From assembly GCA_046734715.1 (NCBI GenBank), contig JBKPRV010000352.1, positions 1 to 35,661 of the forward strand: a stretch of DNA of 35,661 bases. Direction: 5' to 3'. The notes beneath the pieces were generated by a model. It searched no databases and was not told the origin of the DNA. It saw nothing but the letters and a program-made list of their open reading frames with translations. The position numbers and the translations under genes are program-made. Positions 23,502 to 32,273 of this stretch are shown here, piece after piece (within the stretch, counting starts at the first letter, position 1; the number at the start of each line of letters is the position of its first letter). The stretch is from Actinomycetota bacterium. Lineage in GTDB: Bacteria; Actinomycetota; Acidimicrobiia; Acidimicrobiales; VFJN01.

Positions 23502-23598
23502 GTTCCCGCTCTTGCGCCTGAAGGCGCCGGGCCGCTCGGGCCGGGCTGGCCTGAGTTCCCGCTCTTGCGCCTGAAGGCACCGGGCCGCTCGGGCCGCG
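23493..23598. repeat. Tandem duplication (2 x 53 bp) spanning the ispH stop codon and the convergent intergenic region
   Basis: CTGGCCTGAGTTCCCGCTCTTGCGCCTGAAGGC(G/A)CCGGGCCGCTCGGGCCG.. occurs at 23493-23545 and again at 23546-23598. Each copy contains the small hairpin GCGCC-tgaa-GGCGC, which is GGCAC in copy 2. Confidence 0.85.
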
Positions 23599-23600
23599 GG

Positions 23601-24347
23601 TCATTCGGCCCGTTGGCGGGCCTCGTCGTAGAGGGCCTGGAGGTCGACGCCCAGCTGCTCGGTCATCTCCCGCACCACCCGCCGCTTGACCCGCCCGGTG
23701 CCGTCGCCGGCCGGCGGGTAGATCGGCTCGCCGACCATGAGCACGATCTTGTGCGGCTTGATGAACTTGGCGCCGAGCGGCATGGCTTGGGCCGAGCCGC
23801 CGATGCCGATGGGCACGATGGGCGCCCCGGTGCGGGCGGCCACGAACGCGGGGCCGTCGAACAGCTCGGCCACCTGGGGGCCCTCCCGCCGGGTGCCTTC
23901 GGGGAACATGACCAGCGACTCGCCGTTCTCGATGATGCGCATGCAGGTGCGCAGCGACTCGCGGTCGGCGGTGCCCCGATGGACCGGGAAGGCGCCCAGC
24001 ATGGAGAAGAAGCGGCCCAGCGTGGGGTACTTCCAGATCGACGCCTTGCCCATGTAGCGCATGCGGGTCGAGTGGATGCACGACACCAGGATGAAGTCGA
24101 TGTTGGACCGGTGGATCGGGGACACCACGTAGGGCGCCGGGGGCAGGTGCTCGCGGCCCCGGACCTCCAGCCGGAAGTACAGCTTGGCCAGGCCGTGGAA
24201 CAGCCCGCTGAGCGCGGTGTAGGAGCCCTTCTCGTACCACCGGGGCGGGTGCACGTCCACGGTCGGGGCCCGGGCGGGCTCGCCGCGTTCGATGGGGCCC
24301 GGCGCCATCTCGAACTCGCGTGACGCGGCGGACTCGGTCTCAGCCAT
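23601..24347 (-). CDS. plsC: 1-acyl-sn-glycerol-3-phosphate acyltransferase
   Basis: ORF track 248 aa. It carries the HxxxxD motif (SPIHRSNIDFIL) and FPEGTR. It overlaps the cmk stop by 8 nt. Confidence 0.88.
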   Translation of the reverse strand: MAETESAASREFEMAPGPIERGEPARAPTVDVHPPRWYEKGSYTALSGLFHGLAKLYFRLEVRGREHLPPAPYVVSPIHRSNIDFILVSCIHSTRMRYMGKASIWKYPTLGRFFSMLGAFPVHRGTADRESLRTCMRIIENGESLVMFPEGTRREGPQVAELFDGPAFVAARTGAPIVPIGIGGSAQAMPLGAKFIKPHKIVLMVGEPIYPPAGDGTGRVKRRVVREMTEQLGVDLQALYDEARQRAE

Positions 24348-24978
24348 CGCCGATCCTCCCCACGAGGTCGTCCACGATCTCCTCGACGGTCATGTCGCTG
24401 GTGTCGATCTCCAGTGCGCCGTCGGCCCGGCGCAGCGGGTCGGCGTCGCGGCCCTGATCCAGGGCGTCGCGGCGGGCCATGTCGGCGGCGACGGTCTCGT
24501 AGTCGAGGTCGGTGACCTCGGCCGCCCGCCGCTCGGCCCGCACATCGGGGCGGGCGCTCAGGTACACCTTCAGCACCGCGTCGGGGAAGACCACTGTGCC
24601 GATGTCGCGGCCCTCCAGCACTCCCCCGCCCCGGGCGTGGGTCCACTCGCGCTGGCGGCGGACCAGCTCGGCGCGCACTCCTGGGTTGGCGGCCACCAGC
24701 GACACGGCGCGGGACACCTCGGGGCCGCGGATCTCGATGGTGGCGTCCACGCCGTCCACCGTCACCGTGTCGCTCGTGACCTCCAGGTCGACCACCCGCG
24801 CCAGCTTCTCGACCGGCTCGGTGTCGGCCGGGTCGATGCCGCGGCGCAGCGCCGCGAACGTGACCGCCCGGTACATGGCCCCGGTGTCGAGGTACTCGAG
24901 CCCGAGGCGGTTCGCGAGCCGGCGGGCGACGGTCGACTTGCCCGACCCGGCGGGCCCGTCGATGGCGATGACCTTCAC
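24340..24978 (-). CDS. cmk: Cytidylate kinase
   Basis: ORF track 212 aa, starting at GTG 24978. Matches: VIAIDGPAGSGKSTVAR.LA..LG..YLDTGAMYRA. Confidence 0.93.
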   Translation of the reverse strand: MKVIAIDGPAGSGKSTVARRLANRLGLEYLDTGAMYRAVTFAALRRGIDPADTEPVEKLARVVDLEVTSDTVTVDGVDATIEIRGPEVSRAVSLVAANPGVRAELVRRQREWTHARGGGVLEGRDIGTVVFPDAVLKVYLSARPDVRAERRAAEVTDLDYETVAADMARRDALDQGRDADPLRRADGALEIDTSDMTVEEIVDDLVGRIGDG

Positions 24979-24990
24979 GAGGACCGCACC

Positions 24991-26271
24991 CTACAGGCTC
25001 GGGGCGGAAAGCCCGTCGAGCGCCTCCCAGAAGCCGGGGAAGGTCTTGGCCACGCAGTCCGGGCCCGCGATCTCGACCCCGGGCACCCGCAGGCCCACGA
25101 GGGCGAAGCTCATCGCCATGCGGTGGTCGTCGTAGGTGGCGATGCGGGCGGCGCGGGGATCGCCCGGCTGGACCACGAAGCCGTCGTCGGTGGCCCGGGC
25201 CTCGACCCCGAGCCGCCCGAGCTCGCGGACGACCGCGGCGATCCGGTCCGTCTCGTGGCCCCGGATGAAGCCCACCCCGGTCACCTCGGTGGGCCTGTCG
25301 GCGAACGGGGCCAGTACCGCGACCGTCTGGGCCATGTCGGGCATGTCCGACAGATCGACCGGGCCCAGGCCCCGCAACCGGCCGGTGCCGGTCACGGTCG
25401 TGCTGGTGGCGGTGCGGGAGACCTGCGCGCCCATGGTGGCCAGCAGGTCGGCCAGGCGGGCGTCGCCCTGGCGGGTCCCCTCCCCCAGCCCCCTCACCGT
25501 GACCCGCCCGCCCACCAGGGCCGCGGCGGCCAGGAAGTACGAGGCGGTGGAGGCGTCCGGCTCGACGACGTACGTCGTGCCGCGGTAGCGGCCCGCGGGC
25601 ACGTCCAGCTCCGGGCCCACGTCCACCCCGAACGCGGCCATCACGGCCTGCGTGAGCTCGACGTACGGGCGGGAGACGAGGGCGGTCGTCAGCCGCAGTC
25701 GGACGCCGCCCCGGGCGTAGGGGGCGGCCAGCAGCAGGCCGGACAGGAACTGGCTCGACATGTCGCCGGCCACCGCCACCTCGCCGCCGTCCAGCCCGCC
25801 GGGCGCCACCACGGTGACCGGCAGGCGGCCGGGCTCGCCCTCGTCGCGGACCTCGGCCCCCAGCCTGCGGATCCCGTCGAGCACCGGGCCCATGGGCCGG
25901 GCCCGCAGCGGCGGCGCGCCGTCGATCCGGTACTCGCCCTTCCCCAGCGCCACCACCGGGAGCAGGAAGCGGCTGGTGGTGCCGGACAGGCGCATGTCCA
26001 GGGCGAGCGGTCCCGGGCGCAAACGGCCGCCGGTGCCGGTCACCATGAGCCGCCCGGACGACCGGTCCTGCGCGATCCCGGCCCCCAGCCTCGCGAGCGC
26101 GACGCGCATGGCGTCGGTGTCGTCGGCGACGAGCGCGCCGTCGATGGCGGAGGTGCCCGCGGCCAGCGACGCGCACACCAGCGCCCGGTTGGTCAGGCTC
26201 TTGGACCCGGGCACGCTGACCGTGGCGTCGAGGGGGCCCCGGGCGGGCGTGACCGGGCGGGCGTCAGCCAT
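24991..26271 (-). CDS. aroA: 3-phosphoshikimate 1-carboxyvinyltransferase (EPSP synthase)
   Basis: ORF track 426 aa. Matches include VPGSKSLTNRAL and the C-terminal DDHRMAMSFAL. Confidence 0.92.
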   Translation of the reverse strand: MADARPVTPARGPLDATVSVPGSKSLTNRALVCASLAAGTSAIDGALVADDTDAMRVALARLGAGIAQDRSSGRLMVTGTGGRLRPGPLALDMRLSGTTSRFLLPVVALGKGEYRIDGAPPLRARPMGPVLDGIRRLGAEVRDEGEPGRLPVTVVAPGGLDGGEVAVAGDMSSQFLSGLLLAAPYARGGVRLRLTTALVSRPYVELTQAVMAAFGVDVGPELDVPAGRYRGTTYVVEPDASTASYFLAAAALVGGRVTVRGLGEGTRQGDARLADLLATMGAQVSRTATSTTVTGTGRLRGLGPVDLSDMPDMAQTVAVLAPFADRPTEVTGVGFIRGHETDRIAAVVRELGRLGVEARATDDGFVVQPGDPRAARIATYDDHRMAMSFALVGLRVPGVEIAGPDCVAKTFPGFWEALDGLSAPSL

Positions 26272-27346
26272 CGATCGGCGAGACCGCGGGCCGGTAGCCC
26301 CGGGCGATGAGCCCGCCCCGCAACAGGTCCGCGGCCGCGCTCTCGATGAGCAGCACCAGCACGCCCTGGGGGCCTTCGGTGGAGTGGGCGATCTCCAGGT
26401 CCACGATGTTGACGTCGAGGTCGGCGGCGAGGATGGCCACGTCGGCCACCACGCCGGGCCGGTCGGGCACCGGGATGCGCACCTCGCTCAGGTCGGCCGC
26501 GGTCCGGAAGCGGGCCGGCAGGTTGACCCGGGCGGCCCGGGCCTGCTCCAGGGAGGCCAGCAGCTCCTTGCGGTCGTCCACGGCCACCACGTCCCGCAGG
26601 TGCTGGAGGGCGGCGGTGAGCTCGTCCAGGACGTCGACGATGGCGGTGCGGTTGTCGCTGCAGATGTCCGGCCAGATGCCTGGGTGGCCCGAGGCGATGC
26701 GCGTCATGTCCCGGAAGCCGCCGGCCGCCAGGCGCAGCAGCGCCCGGTGCTCCTCGCTGCGCTCGTCGGCCAGGCGCATGAGGGCGGCGGCGGTCAGGTG
26801 GGGCACGTGCGACACCACCGCGACCAGCTTGTCGTGGCGGTCCGGCGGCAGGGTCACCACCTCGGCGCCCAGCATGCCGACGATCTGGCGCACCTGGGCG
26901 TAAGCCGCGGCATCGGTCCCTTCGGTGGGCGTGAGCACCCAGGTGGCGCCCTCGAACAGGTCGGCGTCGGCGCCCTCCACGCCTTCCTGCTCGGAGCCGG
27001 CCATGGGGTGGCCGCCGACGAAGCGGCTGTCGTCCACCGCCTCGACGACCGAGGCCTTGACCCCGCCGACGTCGGTCACGAGGCCGCCGCCGGCGCCGAG
27101 GGCCCGGCGGGCTTCGCTGGCGATGGCGGCCACGGGCGTGGCCACGAACGTGATGGTGGCGTCGGCGTCGTCGCCGATGGCGTCGAGGGCGCCCAGCTCG
27201 AGGGCCCGTTCCGCCCGGGCCGGGTCGCGGTCGCGGCCGGTCACATGCCAGCCCATGGCCCGGAGCCGCATGCCGATCGACCCGCCGATCAACCCCGTCC
27301 CGACCACCACGGCGCGGCCGGGGTCGGGAGGCCGCCCGAGCACCAT
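26264..27346 (-). CDS. tyrA: Prephenate dehydrogenase with C-terminal ACT-like domain
   Basis: The ORF track entry 26264..27490 was trimmed to ATG 27346 (ATGA overlap with the aroH stop). It has the Rossmann motif VVVGTGLIGGSIG. Further matches are GGHPMAGSE and SHVPHL, with an ACT-like tail. Confidence 0.88.
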   Translation of the reverse strand: MVLGRPPDPGRAVVVGTGLIGGSIGMRLRAMGWHVTGRDRDPARAERALELGALDAIGDDADATITFVATPVAAIASEARRALGAGGGLVTDVGGVKASVVEAVDDSRFVGGHPMAGSEQEGVEGADADLFEGATWVLTPTEGTDAAAYAQVRQIVGMLGAEVVTLPPDRHDKLVAVVSHVPHLTAAALMRLADERSEEHRALLRLAAGGFRDMTRIASGHPGIWPDICSDNRTAIVDVLDELTAALQHLRDVVAVDDRKELLASLEQARAARVNLPARFRTAADLSEVRIPVPDRPGVVADVAILAADLDVNIVDLEIAHSTEGPQGVLVLLIESAAADLLRGGLIARGYRPAVSPIDG

Positions 27347-27714
27347 CAGGCGGGCAGGTCGTCGCGCAGGAAGCGCGCGCCTTCGAGGTAGACGTGGTGC
27401 AGCTGGTCGCGGCCCTTGTCGGTGTGCAGGTGGATCATCACCCGGATGCAGCGGGGGGTGCCGCCGTCGATGTCCAGCTCGCGGGCGCACATCAGCGGGA
27501 CGTCGCCCAGCCCGAACTTGCGGGCGGCCAGGGCCGGGAAGGCGCTGTGGATGTCGTCGGTGGCGGTGAACAGCACGCTGATCAGGTCGTCGTGCTCGAT
27601 CTCGTTGCGCTCGAACAGCGCCTCGAGCAGCGCGATCACCCGCTCGAACAGGTGGTCGGTCTCGTCGACGTCCACGGTGGTGGCGCCGCGCAGGGCGCGG
27701 ACTGCGGGTGACAT
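27346..27714 (-). CDS. aroH: Chorismate mutase, AroH class
   Basis: ORF track 122 aa. Matches: RALRGATTV......I......LL..L...N.......IS..FT.T.D and the C-terminal HVYLEGA..LR.DL. Confidence 0.85.
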   Translation of the reverse strand: MSPAVRALRGATTVDVDETDHLFERVIALLEALFERNEIEHDDLISVLFTATDDIHSAFPALAARKFGLGDVPLMCARELDIDGGTPRCIRVMIHLHTDKGRDQLHHVYLEGARFLRDDLPA

Positions 27715-27726
27715 GGCGCTGTGAGG

Positions 27727-28479
27727 TTAGCGGCGCGCCCCGCCCGGTCGTGTAGTCGCGACGGCTCGCTCCAGGTCTCTGACCTCACCTTGCGTGAGAG
27801 CACGCCACTCCCCGGGCGCCAGGCGGCGGTCGGCCAGCGGTCCGATCCGCACCCGCACCAGCCGCGCCACCGGGTGGCCCACCGCCGCGCACATGCGCCG
27901 GACCTGGCGGTTGCGGCCCTCGTGGATGGTGAGGCGCAGGGTGTGCTCGCCCACGAGCGACGCCTTGGCCGGAGCGGTGGGGCCGTCCTCCAGCTCGACC
28001 CCTTCCCGCAGTCGCCGCAGCGCCCCGCGGGACGGCTTTCCCTCCACCTCGGCCAGGTACTCCTTCTCCACCCCGAAGGAGGGATGGGTCAGGCGGTGGG
28101 CCAGCTCGCCGTCGTTGGTGAGCAGCAGCAGGCCCTCGGTCTCGGCGTCGAGCCGCCCGACCGGGTAGACGCGGGGCTCCTCGGGCACCAGGCCCACCAC
28201 GGTCGGCCTTCCGTGCGTGTCGGACGCGGTGGTGACGACGCCCGCGGGCTTGTTGAGCAGGTAGTGGACCAGGCCCTGCCGCAGGCCCAGGATCGCCCCG
28301 TCCACCTCGATGGTGTCGTACTCGGGATCCGCCCGGGTGCCCAGGGAGGCGACCTCGCCGTTGAGGCGGACCCGCCCGGCGGCGATCAGCTCCTCACACG
28401 CCCGGCGACTCCCCAACCCGGCCTGGGCGAGGATCTTCTGCAGCCGCTCCCCCTGCTGGCCCTCGGCGGTGGGCGTCAC
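27727..28479 (-). CDS. rluB: 23S rRNA pseudouridine synthase (RluB/RsuA family)
   Basis: The ORF track entry 27727..28989 was trimmed to GTG 28479 (GTGA overlap with the scpB stop). The S4 domain is ERLQKILAQAGLGSRRACEELIAAGRVRLNG. The catalytic motif is PVGRLDAETEGLLLLTNDG. RNRQVRRM is also present. Confidence 0.88.
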   Translation of the reverse strand: MTPTAEGQQGERLQKILAQAGLGSRRACEELIAAGRVRLNGEVASLGTRADPEYDTIEVDGAILGLRQGLVHYLLNKPAGVVTTASDTHGRPTVVGLVPEEPRVYPVGRLDAETEGLLLLTNDGELAHRLTHPSFGVEKEYLAEVEGKPSRGALRRLREGVELEDGPTAPAKASLVGEHTLRLTIHEGRNRQVRRMCAAVGHPVARLVRVRIGPLADRRLAPGEWRALTQGEVRDLERAVATTRPGGARR

Positions 28480-29150
28480 TCGCCCCCGTCGAGGTCGTCG
28501 TCCTCGGAGGGCGGCGGCTCCACCAGGAGGTCCTCGGGGGACCGGCTCTCCGGTCGCAGGCCCCGCTCCAGCTGCTCGACCACGTCGGCGCCGGGCACGA
28601 AGTCCCCGAGGGCGGGCAGGTCGGCCAGGCTGTCGATCCCGAGCTTCTCCAGGAACGCAGGGGTGGTGCCGAACATCGACGCCTGCCCGGGCCCGGGGTC
28701 GCGGCCGACCTCGGTGATGTAGCCCCGCTGGACCAGCGTGCGCATCACGCCCTCCACGCTCACGCCCCGGATGGCACCCACCTGGGCCCGGGAGATGGGC
28801 TGCTTGTAGGCCACGATGGCCAGCGTCTCCAGCGCCGCGGCCGACAGCTTGGCGGTCTGGCCCTCGAGCACGAAGCGCTCGACGTAGGGCGCCTGGTCGG
28901 GGTGGGTCTGGTAGCGCCAGCCCCCGGCCACCCGGGCCAGCTGGAAGCCACGGCCCTCGGCCTCGTACTCGGCAGCCAGCTCGTGGCACAGCTCCTCGAC
29001 CACGGCCGGGGCCAGCTCCAGCAGCTGCGACAGCAGGCGGGTGTCGATCGGCTGCTCGCCGACCAGCACGATGGCCTCGATGGCCTTGCGGGCCTCGCCG
29101 CGCACGTCGTGGCCGAGCTCGTCGGGCGGGAAGGGCGGGACGGGCGTCAT
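28476..29150 (-). CDS. scpB: Segregation and condensation protein B
   Basis: The ORF track entry 28476..29666 was trimmed to ATG 29150 (ATGA overlap with the scpA stop). Matches: AIEAIVLVGEQPI, GF.L..VAGGWR.QT, LS.AALETLAIVAYKQPISRAQV..IRGV. Confidence 0.9.
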   Translation of the reverse strand: MTPVPPFPPDELGHDVRGEARKAIEAIVLVGEQPIDTRLLSQLLELAPAVVEELCHELAAEYEAEGRGFQLARVAGGWRYQTHPDQAPYVERFVLEGQTAKLSAAALETLAIVAYKQPISRAQVGAIRGVSVEGVMRTLVQRGYITEVGRDPGPGQASMFGTTPAFLEKLGIDSLADLPALGDFVPGADVVEQLERGLRPESRSPEDLLVEPPPSEDDDLDGGE

Positions 29151-29935
29151 CCGTCGTAGGCGTCGATCTCGATCGGGCCGGCGGCCAGGTCCGCGTCCCG
29201 GCTGCCCACCCACACGATCACGATGTCGCCGAACGTGCGGGCCTGGTCCAGCTCGACCAGGCCGACCTTGAACAGCTCGAGCACGGCCAGGAACCGCACC
29301 ACCACCTCGAGCCGCTCGACCAGGTCGCCGGTCAGGGCTCGGAAGGTGATGCGCCCGGCCCGGGGCAGCTCGTCCACCAGCTCGGCCATGGCATCGGTCA
29401 CCGAGGCCCGGATGGGGGCCACGTGGTCGAGGTCGACGTGGGGAACGGGCCGCGGGGCGGTGGCCCGGAGGTAGGCCCGCCGCAGGTCGTCGGGGCCCAC
29501 GCCCTCGAGCAGGTCGGGCATGAGGCCGGCATAGCGCTCGTCGACGCCCAGGGTGCGGCCCACGCGCCGGTCCGCCTCGGCCGAGAGGACCGACAGGGCG
29601 ATGGCCGCTTCCTTGAACGTCTTGCACTCGACCAGGCGGTGCAGGAGCAGGTCGCGCTCCTCCCACAGCGCCAGCTCCTCGTCCAGGTCGACGTCGTCGC
29701 CGGTGGGCAACAGGCGGCGGGACTTGAGCTCGACCAGGGTGGCCGCGATGAGCAGGAACTCGCTGGCCACGTCGAGGTTGAGGACCTCCATCCGCTCCAG
29801 CTCGACCAGGTAGCCGTCGACGATGGTGGCCAGGCTGATCTCGTACAGGTCGACCTGCTCGGAGAGGATCAGGTGGAGCAGGAGATCGAAGGGGCCCTCG
29901 AACACCGGGGTCTGCACCGCGTAGGGCATCTCCAT
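29147..29935 (-). CDS. scpA: Segregation and condensation protein A (kleisin)
   Basis: The ORF track entry 29147..30988 was trimmed to ATG 29935 (MEMPYAVQTPVFEGPFDLLLHLI....DLYEISLA.I...YL). The ORF upstream of that point is a shadow of trpS. Confidence 0.9.
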   Translation of the reverse strand: MEMPYAVQTPVFEGPFDLLLHLILSEQVDLYEISLATIVDGYLVELERMEVLNLDVASEFLLIAATLVELKSRRLLPTGDDVDLDEELALWEERDLLLHRLVECKTFKEAAIALSVLSAEADRRVGRTLGVDERYAGLMPDLLEGVGPDDLRRAYLRATAPRPVPHVDLDHVAPIRASVTDAMAELVDELPRAGRITFRALTGDLVERLEVVVRFLAVLELFKVGLVELDQARTFGDIVIVWVGSRDADLAAGPIEIDAYDG

Positions 29936-30028
29936 GATGATAATCACAGCCCTGTCGTTCCCCGACGCATGGGCAAGCGGAGGGAACCCGTGCGAGGTGC
30001 CGTGGGCCTGCCCTCTACCATCCGGGCC

Positions 30029-31009
30029 ATGGCCCGCGTCTTCTCCGGCATCCAGCCCACCGGTGACGTCCACCTCGGCAACTACCTGGGCGCGGTCAAG
30101 CGGTGGGTGGCGACCCAGCACGAGGACCAGGCGATCTACTGCATCGTCGACCTGCACGCCCTGACCATCCCGAAGGACCCGGCCGAGCTGCGGGCCAAGA
30201 CGATCGAGCTGACCCAGATCATGGTGGCGGCGGGCATGGACCCCGAGGTGGTCACCCTGTTCGCCCAGAGCCAGGTACCGGAGCACGCGGAGCTGGGCTG
30301 GATCATGGCGTGCACCGCGGCCTTCGGCGAGCTGCGGCGCATGACCCAGTTCAAGGACAAGGCCGACCGGGCCGACTTCGTGTCCGCCGGCCTGTTCTCG
30401 TACCCGGCGCTGCAGGCGGGCGACATCCTGCTGTACGACACCGACAAGGTCCCGGTGGGCGACGACCAGCGTCAGCACCTGGAACTGGCCCGCGACCTGG
30501 CGGTGCGGTTCAACAGCCGCTACGGCGACACGTTCGTGGTGCCTGAACATGTGATCCCCCCGGTGGGGGCCCGCATCATGGACCTCCAATCCCCCGACCG
30601 GAAGATGTCGAAGTCGCAGGACTCGCCCCAGGGCACGGTGCTGGTCCTCGACCCCCCCGACGTGATCGACCGCAAGTTCCGGCGCGCCGTCACCGACAGC
30701 GACCCCGAGGTCCGCTTCGACCCCGAGGCCAAGCCCGGCGTCTCCAACCTGCTGACGATCCTCGCCGCCGCCACCGGCGGAGACCCCGAGACCCTCGCCG
30801 GCAAGTACACCCAGTACGGCCCCCTCAAGGCCGACGCCGCCGAAGCGGTCATCGACCTGCTCCGCCCCCTCCAAGCCGCTTTCGCCGACCGGGCGGCCCA
30901 ACCGGGCGAAGCCGAGCGCATCCTCCGTCAGGGCGCCGACAAGGCCCGGGTCACGGCCCGGGCCACCATGGCGCGCGTCCGCGACCACCTGGGCCTCCCC
31001 GCCATCTGA
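30029..31009 (+). CDS. trpS: Tryptophan--tRNA ligase
   Basis: The ORF track entry 29423..31009 was trimmed to ATG 30029 (MARVFSGIQPTGDVHLGNYLGA, HIGH-type motif). The KMSKS motif is present as RKMSKSQ. GDDQRQHLEL.RD.A.RFN also matches. Confidence 0.93.
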   Translation: MARVFSGIQPTGDVHLGNYLGAVKRWVATQHEDQAIYCIVDLHALTIPKDPAELRAKTIELTQIMVAAGMDPEVVTLFAQSQVPEHAELGWIMACTAAFGELRRMTQFKDKADRADFVSAGLFSYPALQAGDILLYDTDKVPVGDDQRQHLELARDLAVRFNSRYGDTFVVPEHVIPPVGARIMDLQSPDRKMSKSQDSPQGTVLVLDPPDVIDRKFRRAVTDSDPEVRFDPEAKPGVSNLLTILAAATGGDPETLAGKYTQYGPLKADAAEAVIDLLRPLQAAFADRAAQPGEAERILRQGADKARVTARATMARVRDHLGLPAI

Positions 31010-31033
31010 CCCCCAGGCGCGACCAGGGCGGGT

Positions 31034-31309
31034 TCAGTCGTCGGGGCATTCGTTGGAGACGAAGTGGCGGTCCTCGTCGGAGCCGTCCCAGCTGCCGCAG
31101 ACGGTCTGCTCGCCCGGGACGCAGCCGGTGGCGGGCTTGTCGGCGAGCTGGCCGGGGGCGACTCCTGGGTGCATCGAGGCGGTCTGGTCCGTGACCACGC
31201 AGTAGGACTGGCCCGAGTCGTCGGTGCCCATGCCTACCCAGCAGCCGCCGAGGAACGCAGCGATGCCGATGATGAGGAACGTCCGGGTGTTGCTGGACGA
31301 GGCAGCCAT
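31034..31309 (-). CDS. Small Cys-rich lipoprotein (hypothetical)
   Basis: ORF track 91 aa. The signal peptide TFLIIGIAAFLGGC carries an L-G-G-C lipobox. The mature part has four more Cys residues. Confidence 0.6.
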   Translation of the reverse strand: MAASSSNTRTFLIIGIAAFLGGCWVGMGTDDSGQSYCVVTDQTASMHPGVAPGQLADKPATGCVPGEQTVCGSWDGSDEDRHFVSNECPDD

Positions 31310-31372
31310 AGCGGTCGCTCATTGTGCTCCATCGCCGGGACTCGGGCGCGCATGCCCGCCGCGCGGCGAGGG

Positions 31373-31894
31373 TCAGTCGTCGTCGGCCAGCTTGAGGGCC
31401 TCGCCCACCGGCGCGGGGACGGTCCAGCGGGCGGCCGGGAGATGGTGCTCGCGGGCCCAGGCGACCGTGACGGGGTCGCTGCCGGCGGAGGCGAGGAGAT
31501 CGGCGCCGATGGCGTCGTGGCAGAGGTAGCGGCCGGCGCGGCCGAGCGGGCCGGAGCGGGACCGCCAGCGGACGGCGGTGTCACGGGAGACCGCCATGCC
31601 GGCCAGCGTGGCCACGGCCCGGCGGACAGGGCCGAGGCCGGACGAGATCTTGCCGACGTCGTGCAGCAGCGCGGCGGCCAGGATCGGGCGGGCGACGGGC
31701 GGGGGCAGGGCGGCTTCGGTGCGGCGGGCGACCCCGACCGCGTGGCGGCGGTCCGGCCCGCTCATGCGGCGCCACAACTCCGCCTCACCCGGGAGGAGCA
31801 TGGACGTGGCCCAGGCCTCGTCGGACGGGGGCGGGCCGCCGGGGCGCAGGGATCCGAAGAAGCGGCCGGCCAGGTGCCGCCACGGGGCGGTCAC
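31373..31894 (-). CDS. HD-domain metal-dependent phosphohydrolase (small, hypothetical)
   Basis: The ORF track entry 31373..32311 was trimmed to GTG 31894 (GTGA overlap with the stop of the upstream DksA/TraR-type gene). Motifs: RRHAVGVA...AALLHDVGK...HD.IGA.LL. Confidence 0.7.
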   Translation of the reverse strand: MTAPWRHLAGRFFGSLRPGGPPPSDEAWATSMLLPGEAELWRRMSGPDRRHAVGVARRTEAALPPPVARPILAAALLHDVGKISSGLGPVRRAVATLAGMAVSRDTAVRWRSRSGPLGRAGRYLCHDAIGADLLASAGSDPVTVAWAREHHLPAARWTVPAPVGEALKLADDD

Positions 31895-32220
31895 GCGTGG
31901 TTGATGCAGAACCGGGTGGCGGGCATGGCTTCCAGCCTCGCCTCCGCGATGGGCTCGCCGCAGCGCTCGCACAGCCCGTACGTGCCGTTGTCGAACTTGG
32001 CCAGGGCGCGGCTGATCTCGTCCAACTGCTCGTTGAGCTGGTTCAGCAGCGCCTTGTTCTCGCCCTGCTCGGCGGCCACCTGGCCCGAGTCGGCGAAGTT
32101 CTCGTCGTAGGCCAGCGACCCCTCGTGCCCGACCTGCAGCGCGGCGATCTGCTTCGAGAGCCGCACGCGCTCGTCCTCGAGTTGGCCGCGCAAGGTGGAG
32201 AGGGTCGTCTGGTCGGGCAT
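31891..32220 (-). CDS. DksA/TraR-family zinc-finger protein
   Basis: The ORF track entry 31891..32271 was trimmed to ATG 32220, because the upstream codons are GC3-poor. It has a coiled coil with an FADSGQVAAEQGE tip region. The C-terminal finger is CERCGEPI...ATRFCINHA. Confidence 0.8.
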   Translation of the reverse strand: MPDQTTLSTLRGQLEDERVRLSKQIAALQVGHEGSLAYDENFADSGQVAAEQGENKALLNQLNEQLDEISRALAKFDNGTYGLCERCGEPIAEARLEAMPATRFCINHA

Positions 32221-32273
32221 CACTGGAAGGGTACCGGAAGCGATGGGTGTTACGTAGGGCGTTCCCACCACCC

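Noticed and set aside
23663-26176. 837-aa minus-strand ORF spanning plsC-cmk-aroA. Similar out-of-frame same-strand ORFs occur elsewhere, e.g. 2610..4193, 19081..20817 and 18174..19091.
   Set aside because: It lies on the same strand but in the wrong frame relative to three genes with clear signatures. Its composition (Arg/Pro/Gly/Ala runs) is that of an off-frame reading of GC3-rich genes.
29936-30028. T-box or other leader RNA upstream of trpS
   Set aside because: The intergenic region is only 93 nt and is shared with the divergent scpA promoter. That is too short for a T-box, and I saw no specifier/antiterminator-like structure.
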